A stretch of 64,000 nt of DNA from Candidatus Krumholzibacteriota bacterium. Lineage in GTDB: Bacteria; Krumholzibacteriota; Krumholzibacteriia; JAJRXK01. The notes under the pieces were generated by a model. The model did not search any database, had not been told where the DNA came from, and was given only the letters and a program-made list of their open reading frames with translations. The stretch's first letter is position 1, and each line of letters starts with the position of its first letter. The position numbers and the translations under genes are program-made. The stretch is from contig CAVSGG010000006.1 of assembly GCA_963727455.1 (NCBI GenBank), positions 64,001 through 128,000 of the forward strand, in the 5' to 3' direction. Shown one piece after another: positions 54,652-64,000 of the stretch.

Positions 54652-55644
54652 TTGGTCGGCGACTTGGAAAAACTGGAAAAGCTGGGCGCTCTTCGAGAAG
54701 CTCTGTGTGCCGAGATCGGCAAACGAATCGTGGGACAGCACGCCGTCATCGACGAGCTGCTCATCACGCTCTTCGCGGGCGGCCACGTCCTGCTCGAGGG
54801 AGTTCCTGGTCTGGCGAAGACTCTGCTCATCAGCACCGTCGCTCACGCCATGGACCTCGAGTTCCGGCGCATTCAATTCACTCCCGACCTCATGCCCAGC
54901 GATATCACGGGCTCGGAGATCCTGGAAGAGGACCAGTCGACCGGTCAGCGGGTCTTCCGCTTTGTGAAGGGGCCAGTGTTCGCCAACATCGTGCTCGCGG
55001 ACGAGATCAACCGTACTCCCCCCAAGACTCAATCGGCACTCCTGCAGGCGATGCAGGAGCGTCAGGTGACTGCGGCCGGGCAGACCCACGATTTGGGCCG
55101 GCCCTTTTTCGTGCTCGCCACCCAGAATCCCATCGAACAAGAGGGCACCTATCCGCTACCGGAAGCTCAGCTCGATCGTTTCATGCTGAACATCAAGATC
55201 GACTATCCCGATCTGAATGAGGAAATGCAGGTGGTCACACGCACCACCGGACCCATGGAGGAGGAGCTGCACACGGTTGTGCGCTCGGAGGAGATCCAGG
55301 AGTACCAGACTTTGGTGCGCAGCGTGCCGGTGGCCGAGAACGTGGTGGAGTTCGCGGTGCGTCTGGTTCGCCTCAGCCGTCCGGGAACGCATCAGGCGCA
55401 TCAGAAAGCCGAGGAATTTCTCGCCTGGGGAGCGGGTCCGCGAGCCGCGCAGTTCTTGGTGCTCGGCGCCAAGGCGCGGGCGGCGCTGCAGGGGCGACCC
55501 ACCCCGAGCCTGGACGACGTGCGTGCGGTCGCCCTGCCCGTTCTTCGTCACCGCCTGGTCACGAACTTCCGCGCCGAGGCGGAGGGACTGAGCAGGGACG
55601 ATCTCATCGTGACTTTTCTGAATTCCGTTCCCGGCGATCTCTAG
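54652..55644 (+). CDS. MoxR family AAA+ ATPase
   Basis: EGVPGLAKT, RIQFTPDLMPSD, LADEINR, ATQNPIEQEGTYPLPEAQLDRF. Confidence 0.95.
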   Translation: MVGDLEKLEKLGALREALCAEIGKRIVGQHAVIDELLITLFAGGHVLLEGVPGLAKTLLISTVAHAMDLEFRRIQFTPDLMPSDITGSEILEEDQSTGQRVFRFVKGPVFANIVLADEINRTPPKTQSALLQAMQERQVTAAGQTHDLGRPFFVLATQNPIEQEGTYPLPEAQLDRFMLNIKIDYPDLNEEMQVVTRTTGPMEEELHTVVRSEEIQEYQTLVRSVPVAENVVEFAVRLVRLSRPGTHQAHQKAEEFLAWGAGPRAAQFLVLGAKARAALQGRPTPSLDDVRAVALPVLRHRLVTNFRAEAEGLSRDDLIVTFLNSVPGDL

Positions 55645-55653
55645 GAGAGAGCC

Positions 55654-56559
55654 TTGGCCACTCCGCGTGACATGCTGCTGGACCCCGAACTTCTGGGTCG
55701 TCTGAAAAGCCTGGATCTCATCGCCCGCAGTTTGGTCGAGGGGTTCCTGGTAGGTCTGCACCGCAGTCCCTACCACGGTTTTTCCGTGGAGTTCGCGGAA
55801 TACCGGCAGTACATCCCCGGCGAGAGCACTCAGAACATCGACTGGAGGGTCTTCGCCAAGACCGATCGTCACTACGTGAAGGTCTTTCAGGAGGAGACCA
55901 ATCTAATGGCAAGAGTGCTCCTGGACGTCTCCGCTTCGATGGACACTCCGCCGGCCGAGGGGCTGCCATCCAAGTTGCTCTACGCCAAGTTGCTCGCGGC
56001 CGCGCTGTCCTATCTGCTCTTGAAGCAGAACGATGCGGTGGGGCTCGTGACCTTCGACACGAAAGCGCTGGAGATGATTCCTCCGCGCAGCTCACGCAAG
56101 CAGCTGATGCATCTGATGGCTCGCTTGCAGAACGCAAGCGTGGGCCGACGCACCCACGTGGGCCAGGTGCTGAGCGAGATGGCGGACCGCATGTGGCGGC
56201 GAGGGCTCGTCATCGTCATCAGCGATCTCATCGACGATCCCGAGACCGTACTGCGTGGTCTGAAGCATTTTCGCCACCGTCAGCACGAAGTCCTCGTCTT
56301 TCACGTCCTCGATCCCCGCGAGCTGGACCTGGACTTCGCCCGGCAAGCGCGCTTCGTCGATCCCGAAGGCGACTTCGATCCCATCAGCGCACAGCCGTGG
56401 CACTTGAAGGAGAGCTATGCCGCGGAGGTGAGCGCCTGGCGCAAGCACCTGGGTCGAGAGTGCGGGATGCACCAGATCGACTATGTACCGCTCACGACGG
56501 AGACTCCATTCGACGTTGCGCTCATGGCATATCTGGCCAAGCGTGCGCGCCTGGGCTAG
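55654..56559 (+). CDS. DUF58 (VWA) protein
   Basis: GLHRSPYHGFSVEFAEYRQY, IDWRVFA, LDVSASM, ISD. Confidence 0.93.
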   Translation: MATPRDMLLDPELLGRLKSLDLIARSLVEGFLVGLHRSPYHGFSVEFAEYRQYIPGESTQNIDWRVFAKTDRHYVKVFQEETNLMARVLLDVSASMDTPPAEGLPSKLLYAKLLAAALSYLLLKQNDAVGLVTFDTKALEMIPPRSSRKQLMHLMARLQNASVGRRTHVGQVLSEMADRMWRRGLVIVISDLIDDPETVLRGLKHFRHRQHEVLVFHVLDPRELDLDFARQARFVDPEGDFDPISAQPWHLKESYAAEVSAWRKHLGRECGMHQIDYVPLTTETPFDVALMAYLAKRARLG

Positions 56560-56568
56560 GAGCTGGCG

Positions 56569-58692
56569 TTGAATTTTCTCCATCCCGCATTTCTCTTCGG
56601 ACTCCTCGCGGCGGGCATTCCGATTCTGCTGCACTTTCTGCGTCGCAGGGAAGTTCAGGAAATTCGCTTCGCTCCCATGCGCTTTCTCAAGCCCTCGCAG
56701 GAGCAGCAGAGCCATCGCCTGAGGCTGCGGCGCCTGCTCCTTCTGGCCCTACGCGTGGCGGCGCTGATCTGCGTGGTCTTGGCCCTGGCGCAGCCGACGG
56801 TCACCGGCGGTCTGTCCTGGCTCGCTCCGGCTGGCAGGGGAGTGAGTGTTTTGGTGATGGTGGACGACAGCGCATCGATGCGCGCGCAGGCCTCCGGCGG
56901 ATCGCTCTTCGACCTCGCGCGAGAAGAGGCAGGCGAGATCGCGACTGGGCTTTCCGCCAGCGACGAGTTCGCCCTCGCCGTGTTCGACAACAGTCTCCAT
57001 CCCTTGCTCGAAGACTTCGTGCGCGATCCGAATCTGGCGCTGGCCCAGCTGAGGTCGCGGGAGTGCGGCTTCTCCGCCACTTCCTACGCCGCCTCCCTCG
57101 ACAAGGCTCTCGATTTCCTGGAGCGGGCCGCTCATCCGCACCGGGAAATCTATTTGGTGAGTGACTTTCAGCGCGCGCCCGCAGATTCCGTGGCGCGTGG
57201 GACTCTGGCGAAACGCCTGGCCCAGCATCCCGACACCCACGTCTTTTTGCGCCAGGCGGCGGCAGAGCCGTTCGTGAACCGGCAGGTGGAGCAGGTGCGA
57301 CGCCCCGCGTCGCTCTTGCACCCAGGGGAAACGGCCGAGATTTCGGTGAGTGTGCGGCAAGATGGAAAGAAGCCGCTGCCGGTCCAGGTATTCCTGACGG
57401 TGCAGGGGGAAGCGATGGGAGAGACCGAGATCCAGCTGAACGAGGGGGAGAGCGGGAGTCACTCGTTTCCGGTAACTCTGCCCGAGGCCGGAGACTTGTC
57501 CGGCTCGGTACGCTTGCGGCCAGATCGTTTTCCCCCCGATGACCAGCGCTTCTTCGTGGTGGAGGTCACCGACCGCGTCCCGGTCCTGGTCCTGCGCGGC
57601 TTCCCCCAGACCGAAGCGCGTCGCGACCCGCTACTCTTTTTAGCTGCGGCCTTGGATCCTGATGCGAGCGCCGCGGGAGACTTTGCGCTCACGAGCGTGG
57701 ACTGCTCCCGTCTCGACGTGGAAACGCTCTCTTCCTACCGAGTCGTTCTCGCCGCGGATCCGGAGGGTTTCGGGGCGGCGCGCTTGGCCGCACTCACCGA
57801 CTACTTGCGCAGTGGCGGCACCATGCTCCTCTTCTGCGGCGACCCTCGCGAACGGGAGTACGCCAACGAGAAGTTGCTGCCAACCTGGACGACCGCACGC
57901 CTGAGCTCCTTCCGCGGGGGCGAGGAGAGCATCGAGCATCTGGAAGTGGTGGCTCGCAATCACCCCATATTCCAGGGCTTCTCACGCGAGGAGATCGAAA
58001 CGCTGGAGGAGGCCAAACTGCGCGATTTCTACCGGATCGAAGGACAGGATGGGCAGCCGTTGGTCGAATATCGCGGGGGAGGGGTAGCGGTCAGCGAACT
58101 CCCGGTGGGCGAGGGGAGGCTTCTGCTCTGTGGTTTCCATCCCTCCGCCACTTCGGGTGATCTGCCTTTCTCGCCCATGTTCCTTCCCTTCGCTCAACGG
58201 GCAAGCGCCTATCTGGCCACGACCGCCGGCGGAGCTTTGCACCGAGAGGTCGAAGTGGGTCATGAGCTTTCGTGCGAAGCGCCCGGCGGCCTGAAGGCCG
58301 AGTCGCGGGTGGAGCTCCGTACTCCGAACGCGCAGCTGTTGCCAGTGGAGATCGATGCCACCGCTGCTCCGCCCCGGCTGCGCCTGGGGATGATCGCCCA
58401 ACCGGGTCTCTACGAAGTCCAGATCGACGGCTCGGCGTGGGCGCAGTTCGCGGCCAACGTTCCTTCCTCGGAATCCGAGCGCAGATTCACGGCCCCCGAG
58501 GACTTCTCCCGTGCCGTCTTCGGTCCCTCGGCTCGCGGCGTCCGCGCCCTGAAAGGCGAAGATGTGGCGCAAGATCTCCAACGCGCGCGCACTGGCCGGC
58601 CCATCCACCGTCTATTTCTGCTTTTGGCGGGGCTCCTTCTGCTCGCCGAAAGTCTTTTGGGGAGGCGCGTTTCGCTCGGGAGCGAAGGCTGA
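56569..58692 (+). CDS. BatA-domain / VWA membrane protein
   Basis: N-terminal FLHP...PILLHFL (BatA), DDSASM, VSDFQ, C-terminal TM LLLAES. Confidence 0.88.
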   Translation: MNFLHPAFLFGLLAAGIPILLHFLRRREVQEIRFAPMRFLKPSQEQQSHRLRLRRLLLLALRVAALICVVLALAQPTVTGGLSWLAPAGRGVSVLVMVDDSASMRAQASGGSLFDLAREEAGEIATGLSASDEFALAVFDNSLHPLLEDFVRDPNLALAQLRSRECGFSATSYAASLDKALDFLERAAHPHREIYLVSDFQRAPADSVARGTLAKRLAQHPDTHVFLRQAAAEPFVNRQVEQVRRPASLLHPGETAEISVSVRQDGKKPLPVQVFLTVQGEAMGETEIQLNEGESGSHSFPVTLPEAGDLSGSVRLRPDRFPPDDQRFFVVEVTDRVPVLVLRGFPQTEARRDPLLFLAAALDPDASAAGDFALTSVDCSRLDVETLSSYRVVLAADPEGFGAARLAALTDYLRSGGTMLLFCGDPREREYANEKLLPTWTTARLSSFRGGEESIEHLEVVARNHPIFQGFSREEIETLEEAKLRDFYRIEGQDGQPLVEYRGGGVAVSELPVGEGRLLLCGFHPSATSGDLPFSPMFLPFAQRASAYLATTAGGALHREVEVGHELSCEAPGGLKAESRVELRTPNAQLLPVEIDATAAPPRLRLGMIAQPGLYEVQIDGSAWAQFAANVPSSESERRFTAPEDFSRAVFGPSARGVRALKGEDVAQDLQRARTGRPIHRLFLLLAGLLLLAESLLGRRVSLGSEG

Positions 58693-58932
58693 GGGAACGC
58701 GCGAAATTCGGGATTCCTCACGCCATCCTTGCAATTCGGGCCCCAAGCGCGCTATTCTCAGCTGGGCTCCAAAAACGCTCGATTCGTGTCCCCAAAGTCC
58801 TCGGGCTTGAGTACAACATACTGTGAATGCTCGTACTTCCTGGACTTATGAGCCGTCTCGACTCAACTACGCTCTGGTGAACGCGAAGTCCTAGGTCGCG
58901 GAACACCAGCAGGTCAATCTAGGGAGGCACAC

Positions 58933-59622
58933 ATGCGATTTTTGCGCACGATGCTCGTTGCCGTGTTCGTGCTGGGGGCTCTGGTCCCCGCAACGATTGC
59001 ACAAGGCATCGAGATCTCTGATTACATTGGTTACGCTTGGGAGACCGGCGGATTTCCGCCGAGCGATCCGGGAGACGTTCTGCAGTTCGTCGGGGTGGCC
59101 GATTTCATGGACCCCATCGCGGGCGTCGATCTGTCCACTGAAGAAGTCACCTATTACGTCTACGGGCTCACCAGTTTGGGCGCGTCCGCGGACGATCCGT
59201 ATACGGGCTATACCACCTATTACTACAGCGGCGGCATCCTCGAGATGTATCGAGACGCTGCGAAGAACGCGGACTACGGGATCAATCCTCCCAACGGAAC
59301 CGTGCCCTCGACCTTCACCGATGGCACCCTGTTGCTGAAGGGTGCCTTCACCAGTTTCGCCATCACCTTCAATCAATTTGGTGCTGCGAGCTACGGTGGT
59401 CAGGCCGACGGTCTGGCCGGAACACTCATCACCAGCTGCAGCGGTTGCATCTACTCCTGGGGCGGCGCCTACACCGCCGATGTGGGAGCGCAGTTTCCCG
59501 ATGGCGATAGTGGATACGACATGCAGCTCGACGGGATTCTCCAAATCGACTCCGCCGTGCCCACAACGGACGCGAGCTGGGGTACCATCAAGTCTCAATA
59601 CGGCAACGGCAGCCAACGCTAA
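58933..59622 (+). CDS. Secreted beta-rich protein with an SWGxxK C-terminal tail
   Basis: GGGAGG RBS, signal peptide; YSGG.LEMY.D...TFTDGTLLL core; ends AVPTTDASWGTIKSQY. Confidence 0.75.
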   Translation: MRFLRTMLVAVFVLGALVPATIAQGIEISDYIGYAWETGGFPPSDPGDVLQFVGVADFMDPIAGVDLSTEEVTYYVYGLTSLGASADDPYTGYTTYYYSGGILEMYRDAAKNADYGINPPNGTVPSTFTDGTLLLKGAFTSFAITFNQFGAASYGGQADGLAGTLITSCSGCIYSWGGAYTADVGAQFPDGDSGYDMQLDGILQIDSAVPTTDASWGTIKSQYGNGSQR

Positions 59623-59634
59623 GGAGGACAACTG

Positions 59635-60276
59635 ATGAAGAAGATGCTCCTTGCCCTCTGCTGCGTGCTCCTGATTGGCGTGCCGCAGATCGCTTTTGCG
59701 CAACAGGCCTTCGACTTTCTGGGTCAGGCCAACATCCCCACGACCCTGGGAGACCCCCTGTCCATGTACGGGGTAATACAGGAGGGATCCAGCCTGGTCG
59801 TGCCGCCGCTTCCGTTGGATTTTGCGAACTATGACTACACAATCGTAGTCACGGGGGCCAATCTCCTGACGGATAACGGCAATGCCCAGACCTTCGCGTC
59901 TGGCGTCATCACCATTTATGAGGACAACGCGACAGTTGCGGACTATGCCAATACCGGCACATTCACCGATGGCACCGCAATTCTCTCCGGGGTTATCTCC
60001 GGGATGTCCCGTACGGATGTCACTCTCACCATTCCACCGTTCGCGCGCCAGATCACCATTCTGGGCACGGTGGACTGGACCGGGGGAACGCATCTAGACG
60101 ATCTCGCCCCGGCCGATCAGACCAACTGGCCGTTCTTCGCCGCCGGGAATCGTGAGGCCGGCAACGTCGAGCCCGGTTTCGACGAGCAGTGGGACGGCAA
60201 GGTCGAGCCGCAGGAGCCGGTGGTGGGTTCTCCGTCCACCAGCTTCGGTGGGCTCAAGGCAGGGTTCGACAACTAG
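59635..60276 (+). CDS. Secreted paralog of the upstream gene with an SFGxxK tail
   Basis: AAGGAGG RBS, signal peptide; FASG.ITIYED...TFTDGTAIL core; ends VVGSPSTSFGGLKAGF. Confidence 0.75.
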   Translation: MKKMLLALCCVLLIGVPQIAFAQQAFDFLGQANIPTTLGDPLSMYGVIQEGSSLVVPPLPLDFANYDYTIVVTGANLLTDNGNAQTFASGVITIYEDNATVADYANTGTFTDGTAILSGVISGMSRTDVTLTIPPFARQITILGTVDWTGGTHLDDLAPADQTNWPFFAAGNREAGNVEPGFDEQWDGKVEPQEPVVGSPSTSFGGLKAGFDN

Positions 60277-60329
60277 GAACTCCATGCGCCGCGTCCTGAA
60301 GCGGCGTGGATTCGAGTTCGAGCAGTGTA

Positions 60330-60363
60330 GGGGCCAGCCCAGGAGGGCTGGCCTTCTCCTTTG
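60330..60363 (+). terminator. Probable rho-independent terminator
   Basis: GGGGCCAGCCC-AGGA-GGGCTGGCCTT stem followed by a pyrimidine-rich tract. Confidence 0.55.
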
Positions 60364-60383
60364 AAATCTTTTCTACTGTAAGT

Positions 60384-61646
60384 ATGAAACGGCGCGATAC
60401 CTCATCCTCCTTTCTGTGGCGCGAAGGACGCGTACTTCTTCTGCACCGAAAAGAGAGTATGCGCTCGTATCCCGGGCTGTGGTCCGTCATCAGCGGCAGG
60501 GTCGAGGACGGAGAGACTCCCTTGCAGACGGCGCGGCGCGAAATCCGGGAGGAGACGGGCTACGCGGGAGAGGGGCTGCGTCCTCTGGCCGCCGCCGCGC
60601 CCTTCGAGGTCTACGAAGAAAAGCGCGACACAGAGTGGAGAGTGCATTCCTTTCTCTGGTTGCTCCACTCGGATGGTCCTCCGCAGCTCAACGAGGAGAA
60701 CGACGAGTTCCGTTGGCAGAAAGACCCGCGGATGCCGGAGTTGAAGACGGTGCCCCATCTCACGGAGGCGCTGCTCTCGCTTCTGCCAGAATCCCCTCAG
60801 CAGTTGCTCGAGGCCGTCCGCAGGCTGCGCGCCGATCGCGAGCACGGGGCGGCGCAACTCGCGGCGCAGCTCTTGGACGAGTTCGAAGATCTGGTGTCCG
60901 TCCTTCACGACTGGCCGCAGCTCGTGGTCGCGGCAAGAGCGTTCGCGAATGCTCGACCGGCCATGACACCCCTGGCGCGCATGAGCTGGCGTTGGCTTGC
61001 CGGAATGGGGCCCCTCGAACTCGCAGAGAGCTCTCTGCCTCATAGTGCGCCGCTGCTTGCTCAGGACCGAGAGAGTCTGCGTACGCGTGCGCACGATCTG
61101 CGCGTGGCCTACCAACGAGCGCTCGCGCTCAGCGCGTCCGCCGGAGCACGCCGCATGCAAGATATCCGGACAGTTGCGACCTTCTCTTATTCCAGTACGG
61201 TGGGTGACGCTTTTCGTTTGGCCAGAGAATCCGGACATGGACCCGCGCGCGTGTTTGTCTCTCGTTCCTTGCCCGGTGGGGAGGGGGTCGCCTTCGCCGA
61301 ACAGCTCGCCGCGTTGGGTTACGAGCCCACGCTTCTTTCCGACGAAGAGCTGGTGATGAGGATCGCCGAAGCCGAACTCCTCTTGCTGGGTGCGGATTCA
61401 GTTTTTCCGGACGGAAGCTTCGCCAACAAGATCGGCACCGCGCGTCTTGCGAAAGCGGCCAAGGCCAAGGGAGTCGAGGTCGTGGTGTGTGCGGACTCCT
61501 TCAAGAGGGCCGTCTCGCGCGAGGAATTCGTGGCGGAAACCATCGCCGACAAAAGGGGGCAGAGCCCGCTCTTCGAAATCGTAGAATCCTCCGCGGTGGA
61601 TGCGGTGCTCGACGAGTCGGCGCTGGGCGCAGATCGCGCGATTTGA
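60384..61646 (+). CDS. NUDIX hydrolase fused to an eIF-2B-alpha/MtnA-like domain
   Basis: SGRVEDGETPLQTARREIREETG (Nudix box); HGAAQLA, ARPAM, TFSYSSTV, SLPGGEG, GADSV, ANKIGT, PLFE. Confidence 0.85.
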   Translation: MKRRDTSSSFLWREGRVLLLHRKESMRSYPGLWSVISGRVEDGETPLQTARREIREETGYAGEGLRPLAAAAPFEVYEEKRDTEWRVHSFLWLLHSDGPPQLNEENDEFRWQKDPRMPELKTVPHLTEALLSLLPESPQQLLEAVRRLRADREHGAAQLAAQLLDEFEDLVSVLHDWPQLVVAARAFANARPAMTPLARMSWRWLAGMGPLELAESSLPHSAPLLAQDRESLRTRAHDLRVAYQRALALSASAGARRMQDIRTVATFSYSSTVGDAFRLARESGHGPARVFVSRSLPGGEGVAFAEQLAALGYEPTLLSDEELVMRIAEAELLLLGADSVFPDGSFANKIGTARLAKAAKAKGVEVVVCADSFKRAVSREEFVAETIADKRGQSPLFEIVESSAVDAVLDESALGADRAI

Positions 61647-61662
61647 ACCGGGGGACTACCTT

Positions 61663-62841
61663 ATGCCCGTCATGAATGACGCCGAGCTGATCTATCTCGA
61701 CAACAACGCCACCACGCGCCCCGACCCGAGAGTCATCGAGGCGATGATCCCTCTCTACCGGGAGAATTGGGGCAATCCGGGCAGCCATCATCGCCGCGGG
61801 GACCAGGTCGCAGCGCTGTTGCGCAAGGCGCGCCGTCAAGTGGCCGCGGCTTTCGGATTCTCCCCCCGAGAAGTGGTGTTCACTGCGGGCGGGACCGAGG
61901 CGGACGTCCTGGCCCTGCGTGGGGTAGTCCTCGCAGCGGATGAGCCACGCCATCTCGTGGTCTCCGCCATCGAACATCCCGCGGTCCTCACCACTGCCGA
62001 ACAACTCGAGAGCGAAGGGGCTTGCGAACTCTCGCGGCTCGATGTCGATGGTGAAGGACGCGTGGATCCCGCGCAATTGAGGGAGCTGCTGCAGCCGCAT
62101 ACGGTCTTGGTGAGCGTCATGACCGCGAACAACGAAACTGGCGTCATTCAGCCCATCGAGGAACTGGCTATGCTCGCGCACGGAGCGGGCGTTCTCTTTC
62201 ACACCGACGCAGTCCAGGCCGTGGGGAAGATCCCGCTGGGCGAGATCGCGGCCCAGGTAGATCTGCTCTCGTTCTCCGCGCACAAGTTCCACGGACCGAA
62301 GGGCGCCGGAGCTCTCCTGGTGCGGGATGGCGTCCCATTCTACTCGCAGATTCAGGCCGGAGGACAGGAGGGTGGTCGAAGGGGAGGCACCGAGAACCCG
62401 GCCGGAATCATCGGTCTGAGCACCGCGCTGCAACTCGCGCTCTCTCTCATGGATGAGGCGGCGAGCCGGATGAAGGCCCTGCGCGAACATTTGGAATCCG
62501 GTCTCGAGAAGAGCATCGAGAGTCTGAAAATCACCTCGAAGGCTTCCGAGCGAAGCTGCAACACGACGCACTTCACGGTGGAGAATATGGAAGCGGGAGC
62601 CCTGCTGACACTCCTGGACGAGGCGGGGATCGCCTGTTCGGCCGGCTCCGCATGCAGCACTGGCAGCCTCAAACCCAGTCACGTCTTGCTGGCACAGGGT
62701 CTGGTTCCCGCGCGGTTGCATGGTGCGTTGCGGCTCTCGCTCAGCCGCGAGACGACCCCAGAAGAAATCGACCGCGTGCTGGAGCTTCTGCCGCCCCTGG
62801 CGACGCGACTTCGCAGCTTGAGCATGGGGGGCAGGGGATGA
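61663..62841 (+). CDS. Cysteine desulfurase (IscS/NifS family)
   Basis: YLDNNATT, GNPGS, GGTEA, ANNETG, HTDAVQ, SAHKFHGPKG, GGTEN, SAGSAC. Confidence 0.95.
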   Translation: MPVMNDAELIYLDNNATTRPDPRVIEAMIPLYRENWGNPGSHHRRGDQVAALLRKARRQVAAAFGFSPREVVFTAGGTEADVLALRGVVLAADEPRHLVVSAIEHPAVLTTAEQLESEGACELSRLDVDGEGRVDPAQLRELLQPHTVLVSVMTANNETGVIQPIEELAMLAHGAGVLFHTDAVQAVGKIPLGEIAAQVDLLSFSAHKFHGPKGAGALLVRDGVPFYSQIQAGGQEGGRRGGTENPAGIIGLSTALQLALSLMDEAASRMKALREHLESGLEKSIESLKITSKASERSCNTTHFTVENMEAGALLTLLDEAGIACSAGSACSTGSLKPSHVLLAQGLVPARLHGALRLSLSRETTPEEIDRVLELLPPLATRLRSLSMGGRG

Positions 62842-64000
62842 ACGCGGGCGCTCCGGCCGCCAACCAGCTCTCTCTGGACTCTCTCGATCGCATCCTCTCG
62901 ATTGGCGATCTAAGTTCCTGGTTCGCAGGAAAATGGCAGGAAACCGGTCCGGAAAGCTGGGCGGCTAGTGGGCTGCGAGGCAGCGCCCTCTCGTGTCTAC
63001 TGAGCGCGCTTTACTCGCGCCGCGAGAGCCAATGGTTGATCGTCGCATCCGGACTGGAGGAAGCGGAGGCGATCTGTGACGACCTGGAAATCCTGAGCCG
63101 CGCCCCGGTCACTTACCTTCCGGAATTGGAAATCTTGCCCTTCGATCGCCGCTCTCCCACGCGCGAGATTCTCGCCACCGTACAGTCCGGCCTGCACACT
63201 TTGGAAACGGGGGTTCCGGGCTTCTTCGTGACTACGATCTACGGCCTCAGGCACAAAGTGATGTCCCCCGCTCGGCTCCGCCGGCATCGCCTCGTTCTAA
63301 GCCGCGGTGAGAGCGTGGACACCGATGCCTTGCAGGAGAAACTGGTCGCGTTGGGTTACCGGCCTGCCGGTCTGGTGGAAGCTCCCGGCGACATGGCGCT
63401 ACGCGGAGGGATTATCGACGTCTTCAGCCCGGGCCAGGAATTTCCCGTGCGCATGGAATTCTTCGGCGACGAGTTGGAGAGTATTCGGAGTTTCGAAACG
63501 GCCGACCAGCGCTCGACCGGCGAGCTAGAGCGCGCCACGATTCTTCCCGCGGGGCCCTTCGTAGTGGACGACGACACGCTGCTCGAGGCTCTCGCGCGCG
63601 TGGAATCGATGGAGGAGTTTTCCCAAGACGATCGAACCCACCTCATCGAGAAACTACAGGATAGATTGCACTTCGCGGGAATGGAGAGTCTCGCTCCCTT
63701 CTTCCACGAGCAGTCCACGCTTCTCTCGTACCTTCAGCCCGATGCGCCCGTCGTCTTCGTTTCGCCGGACGACCTGGGCAAGCGAAGCGAAGAGCTGGAT
63801 CGCGAGACCCAGAGGGTGCGCGGCGACCGGCTCGCCCACGGCGATCCGGTTCCCGCGGCAAGGGAGCTCATGGCCACGCTCGAAGTGCTCGAGAGCGAAC
63901 TCGAGGGGCGCTCCCGGCTGTGGTTGGGCGAGATCGTGCTTCCCGGCAGCACGAAAGGCCCTCTCTCACCACCCGCCGGCAGCCGGACGCTCCAGCTGCA
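62838..64000 (+). CDS. mfd: Transcription-repair coupling factor Mfd (N-terminal part; runs off the window)
   Basis: Manual translation from ATG 62838 gives EILPFDRRSP and LGY...VEAPGDMALRGGIIDVF...PVRMEFFGDELESIRSFETADQRS, the UvrB-homology module in Mfd context. Confidence 0.9.
   Translation, partial: MNAGAPAANQLSLDSLDRILSIGDLSSWFAGKWQETGPESWAASGLRGSALSCLLSALYSRRESQWLIVASGLEEAEAICDDLEILSRAPVTYLPELEILPFDRRSPTREILATVQSGLHTLETGVPGFFVTTIYGLRHKVMSPARLRRHRLVLSRGESVDTDALQEKLVALGYRPAGLVEAPGDMALRGGIIDVFSPGQEFPVRMEFFGDELESIRSFETADQRSTGELERATILPAGPFVVDDDTLLEALARVESMEEFSQDDRTHLIEKLQDRLHFAGMESLAPFFHEQSTLLSYLQPDAPVVFVSPDDLGKRSEELDRETQRVRGDRLAHGDPVPAARELMATLEVLESELEGRSRLWLGEIVLPGSTKGPLSPPAGSRTLQL

Noticed and set aside
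53286-55220. 644-aa + strand ORF, and similar long ORFs at 1508-2569, 24198-25319, 26620-27675, 39031-40071, 43070-44557, 46930-48138, 58891-60093 and 61501-62721
   Set aside because: They are antisense or alternative-frame shadows of well-supported genes in high-GC DNA and show no recognisable motifs.

Overview
A 64-kb, high-GC, gene-dense bacterial chromosomal window. I found no rRNA, tRNA, CRISPR array, transposase or phage gene. Recognisable genes include a PiT-DUF47-Ppx phosphate operon, folA/thyA, a 7Fe ferredoxin, pepF, egtD, an ECF sigma/anti-sigma/DUF4252 unit, MoxR-DUF58-BatA, a cysteine desulfurase and the start of mfd. Many secreted proteins and lipoproteins lie between them. A FlgD-Ig/T9SS-like C-terminal domain and a recurring [ST][WFV]Gx[LI]Kxx[FY] tail suggest an FCB-related candidate phylum such as Krumholzibacteriota, Latescibacterota or Eisenbacteria (inference only). 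The best leads are: (1) an AT-richer cassette in which a small secreted Gly/Ser-rich 'GGDPGGG' precursor abuts a TPR-sensor sigma-54 activator, a possible RRNPP-like peptide signalling system, flanked by three palindromes at an exact 34-bp period; (2) a shared short C-terminal tail on three secreted proteins, a candidate sorting signal; (3) two highly structured intergenic regions (21364-21616 and 42129-42392) that look like unassigned ncRNAs; (4) a stand-alone lipoprotein copy of a protease prodomain next to its Nal1/trypsin-like protease. All calls come from reading motifs by eye, with no database searches.
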